NCBI GenBank assembly: GCA_030141605.1 | Contig: JAQGDQ010000068.1 | Location: 669,034 to 733,033, forward strand | Reading direction: 5' to 3' | Length of the DNA: 64,000 nt | DNA from: Tubiluchus corallicola | Taxonomy: Eukaryota > Animalia > Priapulida | Shown here: positions 15,001-29,200 of the stretch, one piece after another | How the letters are laid out: each line of letters begins with the position of its first letter | Position numbering within the stretch: position 1 is the stretch's first letter | Program-made: the position numbers and the translations under genes | Notes under the pieces: model-generated | Databases searched by the model: none | What the model was told of the DNA's origin: nothing | The model's input: the letters and a program-made list of their open reading frames with translations, nothing else

Positions 15001-18000
15001 ATCGAAAAACACTTACTAATTAGCGTCTAAGGACAACCACTGAATAAATATCAGATATATAATGCAAACGTCTTTCTGACTATCAGCTGAAAATCAGCTT
15101 AGTCTTTTTAATTAGTGTGGCTATCCATTCACTTTCTGAAATGACTGGTAAATCATTGCAAAATCAGAATTCAAATACATAAAAATCAACCACTTACCCA
15201 TCAGAACAGCTATCACATGTTAAACCACTAATTCCTGGTTTGCAAGGACACTGGCCATCATCCTCACAAATGTTGCTCATCGAATAGATATCACTACACA
15301 CACATTCAGTGCAGCCATTACCTGAAAAATATGGAGCTGTCACCACTTACATTTAACTATGTGTTTTTACTGATATGTTCAATTAGCAAGTGCCATATCA
15401 TGCCAATCTGCTAGCTAAATTTGTAAGACAACTACGTATGCATTTGAAAACAAAAAAGATAGCTTTTTTGAAAAAAATTGTGAAGAAATAGCAGTGTAGT
15501 TTTTTTGGCACACCAAAGTAAACCATTTAAATTTATTTACTAAATGCCAATTTAAACAATGGTTAAATTTTCAATGAAAATTATAGTTTTCAATATGTAA
15601 TGACTCCTTTTATAGTTTTTGGCTTTAAAATTTTTTAGATCTACATCCAGTTTATTGTGCATAATATAGAAAACTACCAGTAGACTTTCCATGGAAACCC
15701 TGCTCACACGCGTTACACTGCATTCCTGTCACTTTTTCTTTGCACTCGCAGATGCCCAAATCATCACAAGCAAGATTTATTGCACCGTCAGGGTCACAGT
15801 GGCATGGTGTGCAACCAGATCCAGATGAAAAGCCAAAATAGTTCACCTAAGCACAAAATACTGCAAATACCGGCAAAGTAATAGTCCATTACAACTACAA
15901 TTGCTTTAAACTTTTCGTAGACAATATGCCAATTTCAATAGCTAAATAAAATTACTTTTAAAATTCACTGACTCACTATTATGTACTCATAGTTGTAAAA
16001 AAATCTGTGCACTACAACAACTTTGTACTGTAAGTGTGAATAAATTTAATACAGTATATGCCACACACACATATGCACAAGCTGTTCACTTGCATCACTT
16101 TATTTTTAACAGTTGTTCTATCAAAACATTTACATTGTAATTAAACAGGGTAGTGCTGATTTGCATGGTCAACGTGAATTTACAGAAATCGTCAGATAAA
16201 CGTGCAGGAACAGCAAAAACTTGATCATAAACTGCCAGGTTGCACTTCTTGTGTCCTCCATGTCAGGTGCTGAGATAATGGTTCATCCTTGAACCATCAA
16301 GAAGTATGCAGGAAGAGAAAAAAATTTGAAATTTATTGAAATCAAAAGAGTGCTGCAAGAATGGAGATTTTCCAAAAAAAGCGGTGCATAATGCCTACGG
16401 TTTTAAGTAATTTTTTGCAAATAAAGCAAAATCATACTACATGCTTATCAAAACATTTTTAAAAAAAGACTATTGTGGTAACGCCTATAAAAGAAAACAT
16501 TTTTTGAATAATTGCAAAACACCATCACGCCTACAATAAATAAACAAAAACTGGGACAGTCTGATACATAGCATTTATAAATTCATAAAAACTACAAAAG
16601 TGCGCAACACCTACGAAAATAAATTAAGGTCGAGTAAAATTTAGGCTCGCTGGCATCACTCGAGCCGGGTCCAGTAGATGTCCGCTAAGGTTGCTTCTGG
16701 TTAGTCCACTGATGTGGAGTCCTTGGGTGTGTGAGATGACTGTGCAAGGCATACTGTCCATCCAGAGAAATAAGACAAGAAAATTACCTTGACTTCTCGA
16801 TTGAGCTGAAAGCTCGTAAAGTTGAGAAGACCTCGTAAGGACTGAGCCAAAATGACGAACAACATATTGAGATGGTTGCTGAGTAAGAAGCGCTGCGCAT
16901 TCCAACTTGTATGACTCATATCCATATTTCGGTCGCAATTTTATGGCCCGTTCTGCAATGATACTAGATTCCATGTACTGTTCCCGCAAAAAGTCAGAAC
17001 AAACAGGTCATGCTGTTTGATTCTGGCTCCATGCAACAAACTTCTGCATCGTACTCAGTATCTACAGCATGCTGTCAGCAGGTACTACCAGGTATACAGT
17101 ATCTTCGGAACTAACTCGGCGAAATTATGTCTACTCGTCAACAAAACGTTATCAGCAACAACTCAGCTTTATTCTTAATAAAATTGTAGTCATTGGGTAC
17201 TACAAGATAACTGTACAAATTGCTACAGTCACTCTGTACGATACACTACTATTTACATCTGGTTCTGGCTAGCTTGCTATTTCGCACAACCACAATTTCT
17301 TCCGCTGCTGAGCCACAAACTTCACTAGGACACAGGTACGGCTAATCCATGTCAAAAACGTAACTGTTAACAATGTGCTGAGTAGACGAACTCCAAAGAT
17401 GAAAAGTCTTTGGTAATGATTGTTGCAGAAAAACATCTCACATCGAAGATCGCTGGTTCGAGACCACTGGGGGCAGCTTAGGACTACTGCCCCCGCCCGC
17501 CCATACTGACCACCAATGTAACGAAACTGGGGGGTGCTGACTAGCATGCTCCACGTGAATTTGCAGAAAATTGTCAGATAAACATGCAAGAACAGCAAAA
17601 ATTTGATTACAAACTGCCAGCTGCTCCTCTTGTGTCCTCCATACTAGTGGAACAGGTGGGGAGATGGTAAAAAGCAACTACTAGACCACCAAAACCATTA
17701 CATTCCAGCATATTTATAGAAGCCAGTACGCAATGGCTTCATAATGGATAGAACCATTACAGTGCAGGAATAGGAGTGAAAACAAAAGGCATTTCGCCGT
17801 CATTACAATATTAATGTTTTCTCGTAGCATTTCCATTCTGCTATGCTTATGTCGCCTGTTAAAGGAAAATGTCCCATTATAACGGCGCATTGGTTTTATT
17901 AACCACATTGTTTCAGCAATAATGTGGCTGGTTTAATTATCCGTGGTTATATGAAGCAGCGACTGCTGTATACATATGTATGTGTATATGTGTGTGTGTG

Positions 18001-18009
18001 TATATGTGT

Positions 18010-18052
<43 letters not shown>

Positions 18053-21000
18053 ATGTATATATACATATACATATACATGCACATATACACACACACACAC
18101 ATATATATTATACTTATTTGTCTGTCTACTGTATACCTATATACATGCACACATGTATATATATTTACCTATTTGCCATTAAATAACTTCTTCCATTTAA
18201 ATGATTATGGTAGAGCTGTATGAAACTTTCAATTAGTAAGACCAATTTCCTCAGAAACGATTCCTGAACTTTTCAGATTTATTACACTACTGGCTATTAC
18301 TTGACGGTAATAAACGATGATTTTTGTTCGATGCTTAAACTTTTTTGCAATGTTTAAGACTAAATAAGTTTTACAGTCAATCAATTATTGTTGTAATCTA
18401 TTCAGAGAATCTTCCTAATCAACAAAAAGTAGACCGATAATTATTTGCAAGCTCTCAATTTAATGGCTTCTATTTTATTCAAACGCTCTTTGGTGATAGC
18501 TGAATGTCAACTGTATACCAAGAAAAGGTCTTATAAGGTTCACAAATGTTGAGAAAAGATCTTGTAAAGTTACAGTAAACTTGCTTTAATATAAAAGACA
18601 GAGAATGAAAACAAAATATTGTCCTGTTTTAGAATTTTCCATAACATCAAAAGTTTCTTGTATACCTTACAGTCACTACAGTCATGTTGAGATACTCCCT
18701 CCTTGCATTCACATTGTCCTCCGTGTGAATCACAATGACTACGACGCACTGTACCAGAAGCCATGCATGAACAAGCTGCAAGAAAAGTCAGGTCACATCA
18801 GCAATGTAATGGGAGAAACATATTACTCAGGAAGATTACAGCAAGAAAGCCTAATACTCGTTTTACAAGTAACACTTTTAATACAGTAAAGCTCTATGCA
18901 CAAACTTATAGAAGCAGTTTTCATGTCACGTTTATAGTATCAAAGCTAAAATAACTCCAGTTAATATCATCAAATAAGTGACTAAATCAGTTTAATAACA
19001 AAAAAACTGATTCATAGCAACATGTTACACCTACAACTGGTATTAATATTAACTTAGAATTCAACACTGTATTCTTAAGATTTATCTAGCACATACGTAT
19101 AGCACCATCGTAAAATTCAGCCATTAATGTAAACTCAATGTCACTGCAGTTCAACTCAGCTCTTGTTTGCAGGTCAACACCGAACGAAGCCTCTCGACAT
19201 GCAGCATAGTCATTTTTTAGCTCAGTACTTGAGTTTACAAATGCTGCTAGTTCTTCAATAACGGGTATCAACACTAACTGTAAACATATAAAGTACACTA
19301 AATTAATTCTAACATACAAATTTTCCTTACACAATTCATTTTTCGCTTTAAGGATGTGGATTAAGCTAGTGCAGGCCAGAAGCATATAAAGGGACCCAAA
19401 ACAACAAAAAAACACAGATTTCTCATGTCCACATCCACTCTCAAAGGCACTAGCTAACAAAAAATAAATGCAAAATGCAGCAGGTACAAAATATAGATAT
19501 ATTGGTAAGATAAGCTAAGGGCTACAGCCTAAAATAGTAGGTTATAGTGACCTTATATAACAAATCTGTAAATTCAAAACATGTATCTAATAATAAGATA
19601 ACTGATTTTACTGTAAGGTAATTTTGAATGGAACAGAATTCGAGTCTCACGACAATAAAACCATCAGATATGATATATATTACTAGATAAGTGCTATTAC
19701 ATAGTAACAAAAGTAAATTTTATCTAAGAAAAACGCACCAGTCATAAGCTCAGTAAGCACCGTGCAATCTTAGCATTTTTGCGGTCAACTTACAAGAGTA
19801 TTTCATAAATCGGTGCATGCTGCATGCACAATGTGGAGTGTGAAAGCCTACTAAAACGCAGTGTTTAGACCCGTTCTTAAGATTAGAAGACAAAGATATT
19901 TTGTTACTGGAATGATGAATAATTAGAGATGCAGTTCCCAATGCATAAACATTAAAATTGTTGATTTCATCAGACAGCTTGCGAGCAATTAGTGAAGGCC
20001 CTCAAAGGAACATGCTACTTTCGCTGTAATATTAATGCAGTACTGTTTACGTTCATGTTTGAAAGATCAGTTAAAATGAACAAAGCACCTCTAGGGCATT
20101 TTTACTAAACTAAGATGCAATGACCTAGCAGCTACTCTCCAAGATAAGAGTTTTGTATATCACAAGAGGGACAAAACAAGGAATTGAATTTTTTCCAAAT
20201 GTTTTCTTCAACACAAAATAGGTAGATGGACAGTACATAGGTAAATAGATATTACAGATAGCTAGGTAGACAGACAGACAGACACGCACGCATATGCATA
20301 CAAAAGGCCATTTACAAAACAGAATTCCAGATATGGTCCTTAAGATGCAAAAAGATGGTTTGCCATGCAGTGGATTCAAAACTGTCTTCTCGTAGGGAGA
20401 GCTCTTTAACCTTGGTCAACAATTCACTCAATGATGGCATGGCAATATGTGGTAGCATAAAGTATAATCCAAATTGCAAGACCCGCCAGAGTGGTCGCTT
20501 TTCTTCTGCTTGAGATTAATATGTTAATTTAGCAATATAGATTAAACAAGAAAAGATACGAAAAACAATGGCAGATTAAGACTTAAAAAAGTAAAAAAAA
20601 TTGCAGTACTTACAGAGTCAACTTTTAGCATATCACTTCCAGTACTTACAGCTACAGCTGCCATGAAGTCAGTGTCTCCATTAACACAAGCTCTGCCAAA
20701 ATTCTGGCTAACTGTGTACACAGGAAAAAAATAAGGTTAAAAACTGAAGAACTTTCGTATCTGGTATTAGCACTAATAACCAACTACAGCCGGCTAAGAT
20801 AGATCATGTACTTTATGCTTGAAAGTTTTTTTCAGTGGCTTCACTTTTCTTTCAAATTTTATTTTACCTTTCAATTTAGTTTTGAGTATTTCCGAGCTTC
20901 TTAATTAACAATGTATATATCACGGGTTTTGAAAAGTGATGCACTAATAAATTAAAACCAAAATTTGGAAAGCATTAACGTTTGTATCGTTTTTTTACAG

Positions 21001-23211
21001 CATTTCGTTTACTGTTTCTCATTTTCCATCGACGCTTTTTGGAACTTTTGGATTTTTTCTGTTAAAAGCTTTTAAAAATTGTTGATTACAACCTGTCAGC
21101 CTTTTCGAAAACAAGAGATTCCTTGAAAACCAAATAAACTCTATGCAAGTAACTTAATAGAATGCTCATAAAAGACGTGATAGCTCTCATGTCATACAAC
21201 TATTATTTCACAAATAAGAATAGCTAATTCATGCCAGACACTTCTGAGCTTGTACAATTTTAGTTATACACTGTCTCTGCTATTGGTATAACATCCCGCA
21301 GTTGGAGTGGCCGTTATTTTTTTATTAAGGAAATCATTACAGTACCACATAAGTATATGCATGCTTGCATAGCATAATCGTCCATAAGTCGGCAATTAAG
21401 CTTTCCTAGTTATTCACATATCCTGAATCTCCATTTCATGAGGATCATTTTGATACCAAGCTCATCGCACTATGTTACTTGTAAGCTGAGATAATCTACG
21501 TTGAAGTTGAGGTAAACACTACGCACTAAAAAACATAATCTTGAGAAAAGCGCTGTTAGGGTTCGCCATTGTTTTTATCACGTTTCCACAAAACACTTAG
21601 CAACTGTACGAAAGTGTGGTTGCTAAGGACTTTACAAGAGCAAATTGGAGTTATGTTTAAATCCAGTAGAAGGCTCTTCCTGACCAACATCTGGTCTTGT
21701 CAACAGAAAAAACCCAAAGCAAAATGGCTGCTTCCACGAGCTACAATCAGAGTTAGAAAATACAAGTTTTTTTACTATTATAGGACCAGTTTCCAGACAT
21801 AAAAGTGGGTAAGGAATTATAAAATTAGATTTTTAGTATTTTTTGGACATTTTCCTGATAATTTGATGCTAGAATATAAAAGCCCAATGTATTTAGTATT
21901 TGTTTTCATAAAAAATCGACATTTGACAAAAATTTTGGTGCTTTCTACTTTGAAGCATCATAACATAGTTTTAACTATGCCGACTTATGGACGGCTTTGG
22001 TTTGCAAGCACACATATAGAGCACATATACGGTGTACAGTATAAGCTTTGTTCATTACCGTTGTAACAACTGCCCCCATACATTTTACATAATAATTTGC
22101 TACTGTCACAGTAAGCTAGAAAAATGAATTAGGTATTGATTAGACAATTTTGATATGTCTTAGACGCTTTGTGTAAACAGATAACTCTAATTTTCAATGT
22201 TCACCCATTCAGTAACTTGCACATTAAAAAATTAATTTTAGATCTGCAGAATCTGTTTAGGCAAAATTTTGCTTTTCTTTAGGTGATTTTTACTTAGGTA
22301 TTACATCCACATTGTGAAACTCTTGTAAGAATTTAGTAAAACTGCAGAAGAAAGTTAAAAATTTTACAGTATTGTGTTATATACCAGAAGAAGGCTGAAG
22401 TGTCTGTGGTCCTACAATAATTGGAGAATCATAAGCTGTTTCAGCACAAAAATAAGTCTGTTCAAATTTAGGCTGTAATGTCACTAGCACATTTCTCCAT
22501 ATAGATGCTGCCTAAAACAAAAAGCTGAAATTCAATTGTAGTTCAAGACTTGATACTTGCTGCTTCAATAGTTTTGCTAGACATGTTAAACGATAATTGT
22601 AATTTTTGTTGTTTAAACAACAATAGATGACAAGTTTTGTAATTGTGAAAACACAATGCGGAATCCATTTGACTGCATTGTCCATAACCAGAAGAAAAGA
22701 AGCAAAGTATTTAGCATGAACATACGTTATAATGTAACTTGAGGACAAAAGTTTATGGCAACGTTAGTTTTTGGACAATAATACTAATAAGTAATAACAT
22801 TTGGTAAATTAAACTCTTTAGGGCCAACTATGTGTACTACACTGCTAAGACTGAAATGAAGGCAAAACAGCACCATTCAAATAAAGGGCAAAACTAAACA
22901 ATCAATACTTGATAAAATAAAGATAAATTTAGAATTGGTGTTTTTATACTGCTGATTCAACACATTTTAATAATTCCGAGGTTGCGATTGTATGCCTCAA
23001 TTCCAACAAAATCACTACTCCCCAAAAATCAATTATAAACCCAGTTTTCTCGATTTAAGAACTTAGTATATCCCTGTCTGACAGATGTGTGTCTGAATTT
23101 GTTCCAGATTCGAATTTCATTCACCACAAGAACAAGCCACGCATATGATTGCGGCATTTACCGGCTATGATTTTTGCTTGCGAAACTTATGATAATGATA
23201 GCAGTGTTATG

Positions 23212-23249
<38 letters not shown>

Positions 23250-26200
23250 CTTTAATAACAAAGTGGAGAAGTACATATATCTCCACTTTGTTAAAGACAT
23301 CATATGCATGACTAATGTGCTGGCACACTAAGATACCTAAATACCTATGATCTGTCATTGCTAATGTCTGTTGTAATTCTAACACAGTTAACTAACCACT
23401 GAATGACATCACAAACATTTTAAGCACAAATGGCTGGCTGCTTTCTTGACTAGTTGGGAGGATAATGGCCACAAATGCACCGATAATCAGCAAAACTAAA
23501 AATGGTTGTCCACAGACATTTATTCTGTATATCATGCTTACTTCATATCTTATAACAACTTCATACTCTGCAGCTTCAGCTCTGGGCACTTGAAACTCTA
23601 TTGTAAATTCTGAGTTGGCAAGAACATTAAGAAATCCTCGTCCAGTAAATGTGGAATTGAGCTCACCATGGCCTGGTCTTTCCTCAATTAATGCATCCTA
23701 AATTATATAAACTGAAACCATTAAAACACACGCATAAACTACACGTAAAACATATATACTTAGGTAGTAGCTACAACGAAGATGATGTGTCCGTTCATGC
23801 AAGTTTATATAGAATAAATCGTTTTATCAATCAGTCAAAGTATACAAACGGAACAAGCAAAAGAAACCAGAATTCTTCCTAGGTACATGCACCGGCCATT
23901 ATCCCTCCAAACAAGGGTGAAAATTGAACATAAGCTCAGTTATGCCCTTGGTATACATGAATGAATGTCACTTAGAAATGGCAAAAGAAGTAGCACTTTC
24001 AAATTTTCGAAGAAAACACACTACCACCAAAAGTAACCCCCAAAAAGGGGAAAGTCAAGAAAATCTTAACGTTATTGTTTTGAGTTTCCCGGTTTATATT
24101 CACTATCAAATCTGACAGTGATCTGATCAGTCATTACGAAGCCTTAGCTGAAATGTGTACAACAACAATGCGAGTAAGCACTTGGCACGATTCATACGAC
24201 CGAAGCAATCATTACCTTATTTTGCTAAAGCAGGTTTGTTAACACTTGGTTATAATCAGATAGAAAATGCAGTCCAGATTGAAATTCTACACAGAAATAG
24301 CTTTCAGTAAAAGACTGAAGGCAATGTTTAGTTTATACGCTCAATTTGTTATGAAACTTGTATGATTTAGTTATTAAAGGTGCTGATTAAATTATAGTGT
24401 ACCTCGGGAATATCTGTTACAGCTTCTGCTTCGAAGGTCAAAAAATCAAGTTTCGGAACAAAGAATCCAGGAGTGGTTGAATTGCAAGACTGCCCACGAA
24501 TATTTCTCCTACACGGACATCTACCAGATAATGTGTTACATGACGGAGAGGTGGAGCCACCTGCATTGCAATTGCAAGGCTCACAACCATCTGTATTTCT
24601 GACGTCTAAATTAAACGTATTTGGCTAAAAAATAAAATGCTTAGATTAACGCCCAGCTATTCTTAAACAAATCCTAACTATAGGATAAAAAAATAAACAG
24701 CATATGGAGACTCAATTTCTAGGACCTTTTCTGATCCGAACACAATTATACCAATGCCCCACTAAACTACTAAAATTGCACTTGTGTAAAGTTGATTTTA
24801 CAATTGTCACCAAACATTTCAATTGAAAGCAATTATCTTAAAGGTGCCCTAAATTATGAGTTGTCCATCATGATTTCTAGATCTATTAGATCTTAGTACA
24901 AGCATCAAAAATATGTCTGCTGCTTGAAGGTAACTCCTACCTTACATTCACGACATGTCAATCCCATCGTATTTGCTTTGCACTGACATTCACCTGAGGT
25001 TTTATTGCACAGATTGGTGTTATTTAAGGTACCACTAGGATCACACCTGCAAGCTGTGGGACAATAATACAGTTATTACTTTAAAAAGTACTGGCAAAGT
25101 CATGAATATTAATCACAAAAATTACCAGTTAAGAATAATCATGAAAGATTAATAGAAAGTTTAATGTGCCAATGGCTAGTGTTATTTTGAAAAAACTTTA
25201 TTGAAAAAATAAGGAATATTTCACATGAAGGATGCAAGGAAACATAAAGTGCAACATTGATGCAGTAAAAATTAAAAATTCCTGTTCATGATAAACCTTG
25301 CCGCAAATAATTCATTTCAGAATAAAATCATATCTGCAGCAAATACCGGTATATTGTTCTCCGGTGTAAGAAAGCATATTGTGCCTACAGATACATTCAT
25401 TTCCTATCAGGAACAGTGAATTTATCCCATATCTATGCCACGTATGTATATATTTTTAATTATTACAAGCAAAGTCCAATAGTGCTAACAAATATGTTCA
25501 ACAAACATTTTTCAAAAAGTCATTGCTGATAGTCTTCAGATCAGAAATGCCAGCTAACAATTTTTAATTTTCAACGTTAATGTCTAAAATTAAAGCATGC
25601 GGTACGATTAAAAACTTATGACTTTATGCAAAAATTAAACAAGTTTATTACTTTTGTATTTGTTAAAAGTATTAAAAGGGCAAAAAATAATTGAGCAGTT
25701 AAACTTAAATGTAAATTCATTAATGAAATTGATTAAAATGAAATGTCCATTTATTTTTACATCAAACTTTCCCAAAATGCAATTATCCCTTGTACATTGT
25801 ACAGACTTTAAAAAATAAAGAGATACAACATATAAAATTTGAATTTTGGAAAACAAAGATGAGAAGCATAATTTACAAAAGTAAAAAATTACTTAATACA
25901 ACCGAGAATTAGATAAAACCATTCTATATTTATAATTGGTCCCAGTTTCTTTTTGAATATTTAAAGATGGCCCTTACATCATGCTTGTTGTAATGACAGC
26001 TAACTAAGAAAATGTCTTGCACCGGGATTTGGAAGTAAAAGCATAATAAGCAAATTCCATTATCTAACACCTTGGAAAATCATATCATAATCAAGATCTA
26101 ATTGAATATTAAAAACCAGGATATTTTGTAATTAGAATTTTGTGGAGCAAACAAGTATATAGCAACAAGGGCAGTAAATTAAAGAAAGAGTTCAATTTCA

Positions 26201-29200
26201 CAAATTTTACTAGGTGGCAAAACTCTTCATGAGGGTACAGAGAAAAGTGGCTAGCTCACACTCAAGAATACTGCAAGCAACTCTTCAGCAGGAAGGTTGA
26301 TGCGCCTCCTTGGGGTAAAATGAGTCATTCAAAAATACTTTTGTAAGCCTTTTAGTTTCAAATTTTGAAAATGACATAAAACAATTTTGCAGAATTTGAC
26401 AAAAACTTCAAAATGGGAACATATTTTTTCTTACGTTGGCATCCAAATATATTTCCTGACTGTAAATTCCAGAATTCGTCAGCGCATTCATTACATGTTC
26501 GACCAATGACATTGCCCTTACATGGACACTGTCCCGTTGTAACATTACAGGCAAACTGAGAGCCACGAATGCCATCCTCCATACAATTGCAAGCTGCAAA
26601 ATACAAAATTATAACATGAATAAATGCAAGTGTTCTGAACAAACCAACAAGTTATTTAAAACTATTATGAGCTAATAGTCAGAATGTTCAAATAATGGCC
26701 AATTGTTTGCCACTACAGACGTATCAAGCGATGGTAATTATTAAGGTGCAATTATGCTAATGTGAGGCAGCAGAAAATTGCTCCTGTCAAACCCAGCAGT
26801 ACACTCACTGAATCCATAATTCATGCCTTATAAGAAATTACAATAAGCAGGTGAATGGCCAGGTCACAGACCTATGTGATCCAGGCAAATGAAATACATG
26901 AAACAATGTGAAAGGAGACAGAAATTAAAATCTTAAATAATTTAGTAACAAACATTATGTGGGATGTTTCTATATAATAAATAAACAGTAATTATAAATT
27001 GCACATAAGGCAGAAAATTAGTATTACCCAAGACACACAAATAATTGTAGAATTTTATCATTCAAATAAATTTAATAAGAACACAGTAAAAAATATACAG
27101 ATTTATCAATTGGTCTGGAATTGAAAAAGTTGTCAAAAAATACACATTATCAAACTACTGAGACTTTAAAGTACAAAACTTAGCAAACACTTGTTGCAGT
27201 AATTCACAAGTATTTTATCATTCTAATAAATTTAGTAAAAAGAACATAGTAAAAAATACTACAAAATTTAGCAATTACCTGCAGTCTCATTTTCTATAAA
27301 CATATCTTAAAAAAATTTATAGACACACTGATAATAAAGAAGTTATTACTAAGGCAATGTTAATAAATAAATCAGTAAAATGCAATACTCACGAATACAT
27401 CTCTTTGCACAATCATAATCTGCAAATAAAATGAGAGCTCTGTAAGATTGGAGAAACAAATTAAATGCTTTAGCAATTAAGTAAAGTCCTACTTAGTAGT
27501 GGAAAACTCCTTACTAGTGTGGAAAATGAGAGCTTTATGACATCAACCATTACACTGTACAGACTAAAAAAGTACTCTTGACAGAAGTAAAATCAAACTT
27601 AAAACCACCCTGTACGACAGCCACTGGCCTGCAGTGTAGCAGGCTTTTACGCAACAAGTATTTCACAAAAGTCTCCCTTCCTCTTTCTCGTTTCAACCAC
27701 ATTGGTATAAGGCGACTAATTAATGCAGCCTATTTTTCCATCAGGACACGTCAGCCTCATTATGTCGCACATTATGTATTAAAGTTATTGACCACAGAGA
27801 CTGCAATTACAGGTCTCAAACAATTGACAAATTTAATATGAAAAATACTCATTTCAATTTTTCAATTCGGAAACAATTTTGACAACTTTTCTACTCGCTT
27901 AGGCACCTACACCAAACGCAATCACCGAGTTAGACAGCCTGTGCTCAAAACCAGCGAGTGCAAATTTTTTGAAATGACAAGCCATAAATGTTATTTTTTG
28001 TCTCGCAGTTCCCATGCCAATTCTGTCCTGCAGCGATACTAGTCTCACTTAGCTGCACATCTGCACAAAATCTCTTCTTCTCGTTTCTGCCTTTCAGTCT
28101 TGCAAATATGCACACAGGTAAAAACACAGATGAAAATTCGAAACACCAGTTAAATAACATTTAAATAAGTTAGCAAAGTACGAGTTCCTGTGATAAAAAA
28201 TGCAAGTCTCTAGCAAAAGGTGTGCAAATGATAACAGATGGCACTTATCATAATCACTAACTGTACCCAGTAATTATCTCCACAATAATTACATTCAACT
28301 GTCTCAACTGCCATTAAGTGATCTGCATTAGCAGTAGAAAATGATGGGTCAGAATTTATGAAATTCAGAAAGTCCACAGTATGTGCAGCTTCAATTTGCA
28401 AGCAGAATATTGCCGTAACTACATAGAAACTGCTACAGTGAAAAAAATATAGTCATGATCCAAAGAATCCATGAAGTAATGAACGTCCATAGAACAGATC
28501 TTTTCTACTCAAACACGTGGACGATTTTTGTTTACAAATCATTTGTGGCAGTGACTGGCTGTTTGTCAACTGATCACTAATAGGCCAACTAAAAATTTGG
28601 AAAAAAGATCTGCTTGCTGTGAACCTGCTTAAGCTAATTAATTACAAGTGCACCCAAACTTTATGCAACCATTTAAATGCAGTTTTAGTCTGTGCTCAAC
28701 ACACAAACAAAAGTTTTCAAGGACAACAACAAAAACATGTTTAATTTTGCTTACCAAAACAATCAGTTGGTGTGAGGCAACCTAAAAAAATGTATAAGCC
28801 ATTTAAAAACATTATATTTCACAGGGTCAGAGCATTAGGGAAAAGACAGAAAACACTTTAAATATTCGAGGGTCATAATAAAATATCAATAAAAATTTTA
28901 CAATTAGTTGGAAAAAGAAAAATCATTTGTTTGAAAGCTGTTGTCTATGGGTACTGATAATCAAGGCACATTTTATCTTACCATTACAAGTCTCCCTCCC
29001 TGGAACGAGTACATCATATTCTGGATTGACAAAGTATCGTAATAAGCAGATCTCGCAATAATCGCCAGCTGTTTCTTCCCGACAATCTTGACATACCCCA
29101 TGAGTTTTTGCTTCACTATAAATGCACTCATCAGAGAAACCTCGACAGTTGCAATCTAAAATTGAACATATAGAGCAAACAGCTTAAAACTAATCAAAGA

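Noticed and set aside
17924-18223. Y/I/C/V-rich ORFs on both strands
   Set aside because: Dinucleotide microsatellite translations.
23345-23400. Possible extra laminin exon between 23542 and 22511
   Set aside because: Candidate AG/GT pairs give a stop or a phase clash, and RYE joins AASIWRNV directly as expected for an LF domain.
27420-27441. Upstream AG that would extend the microexon by 20 nt
   Set aside because: It would shift the reading frame; the proximal tttgcAG keeps it.
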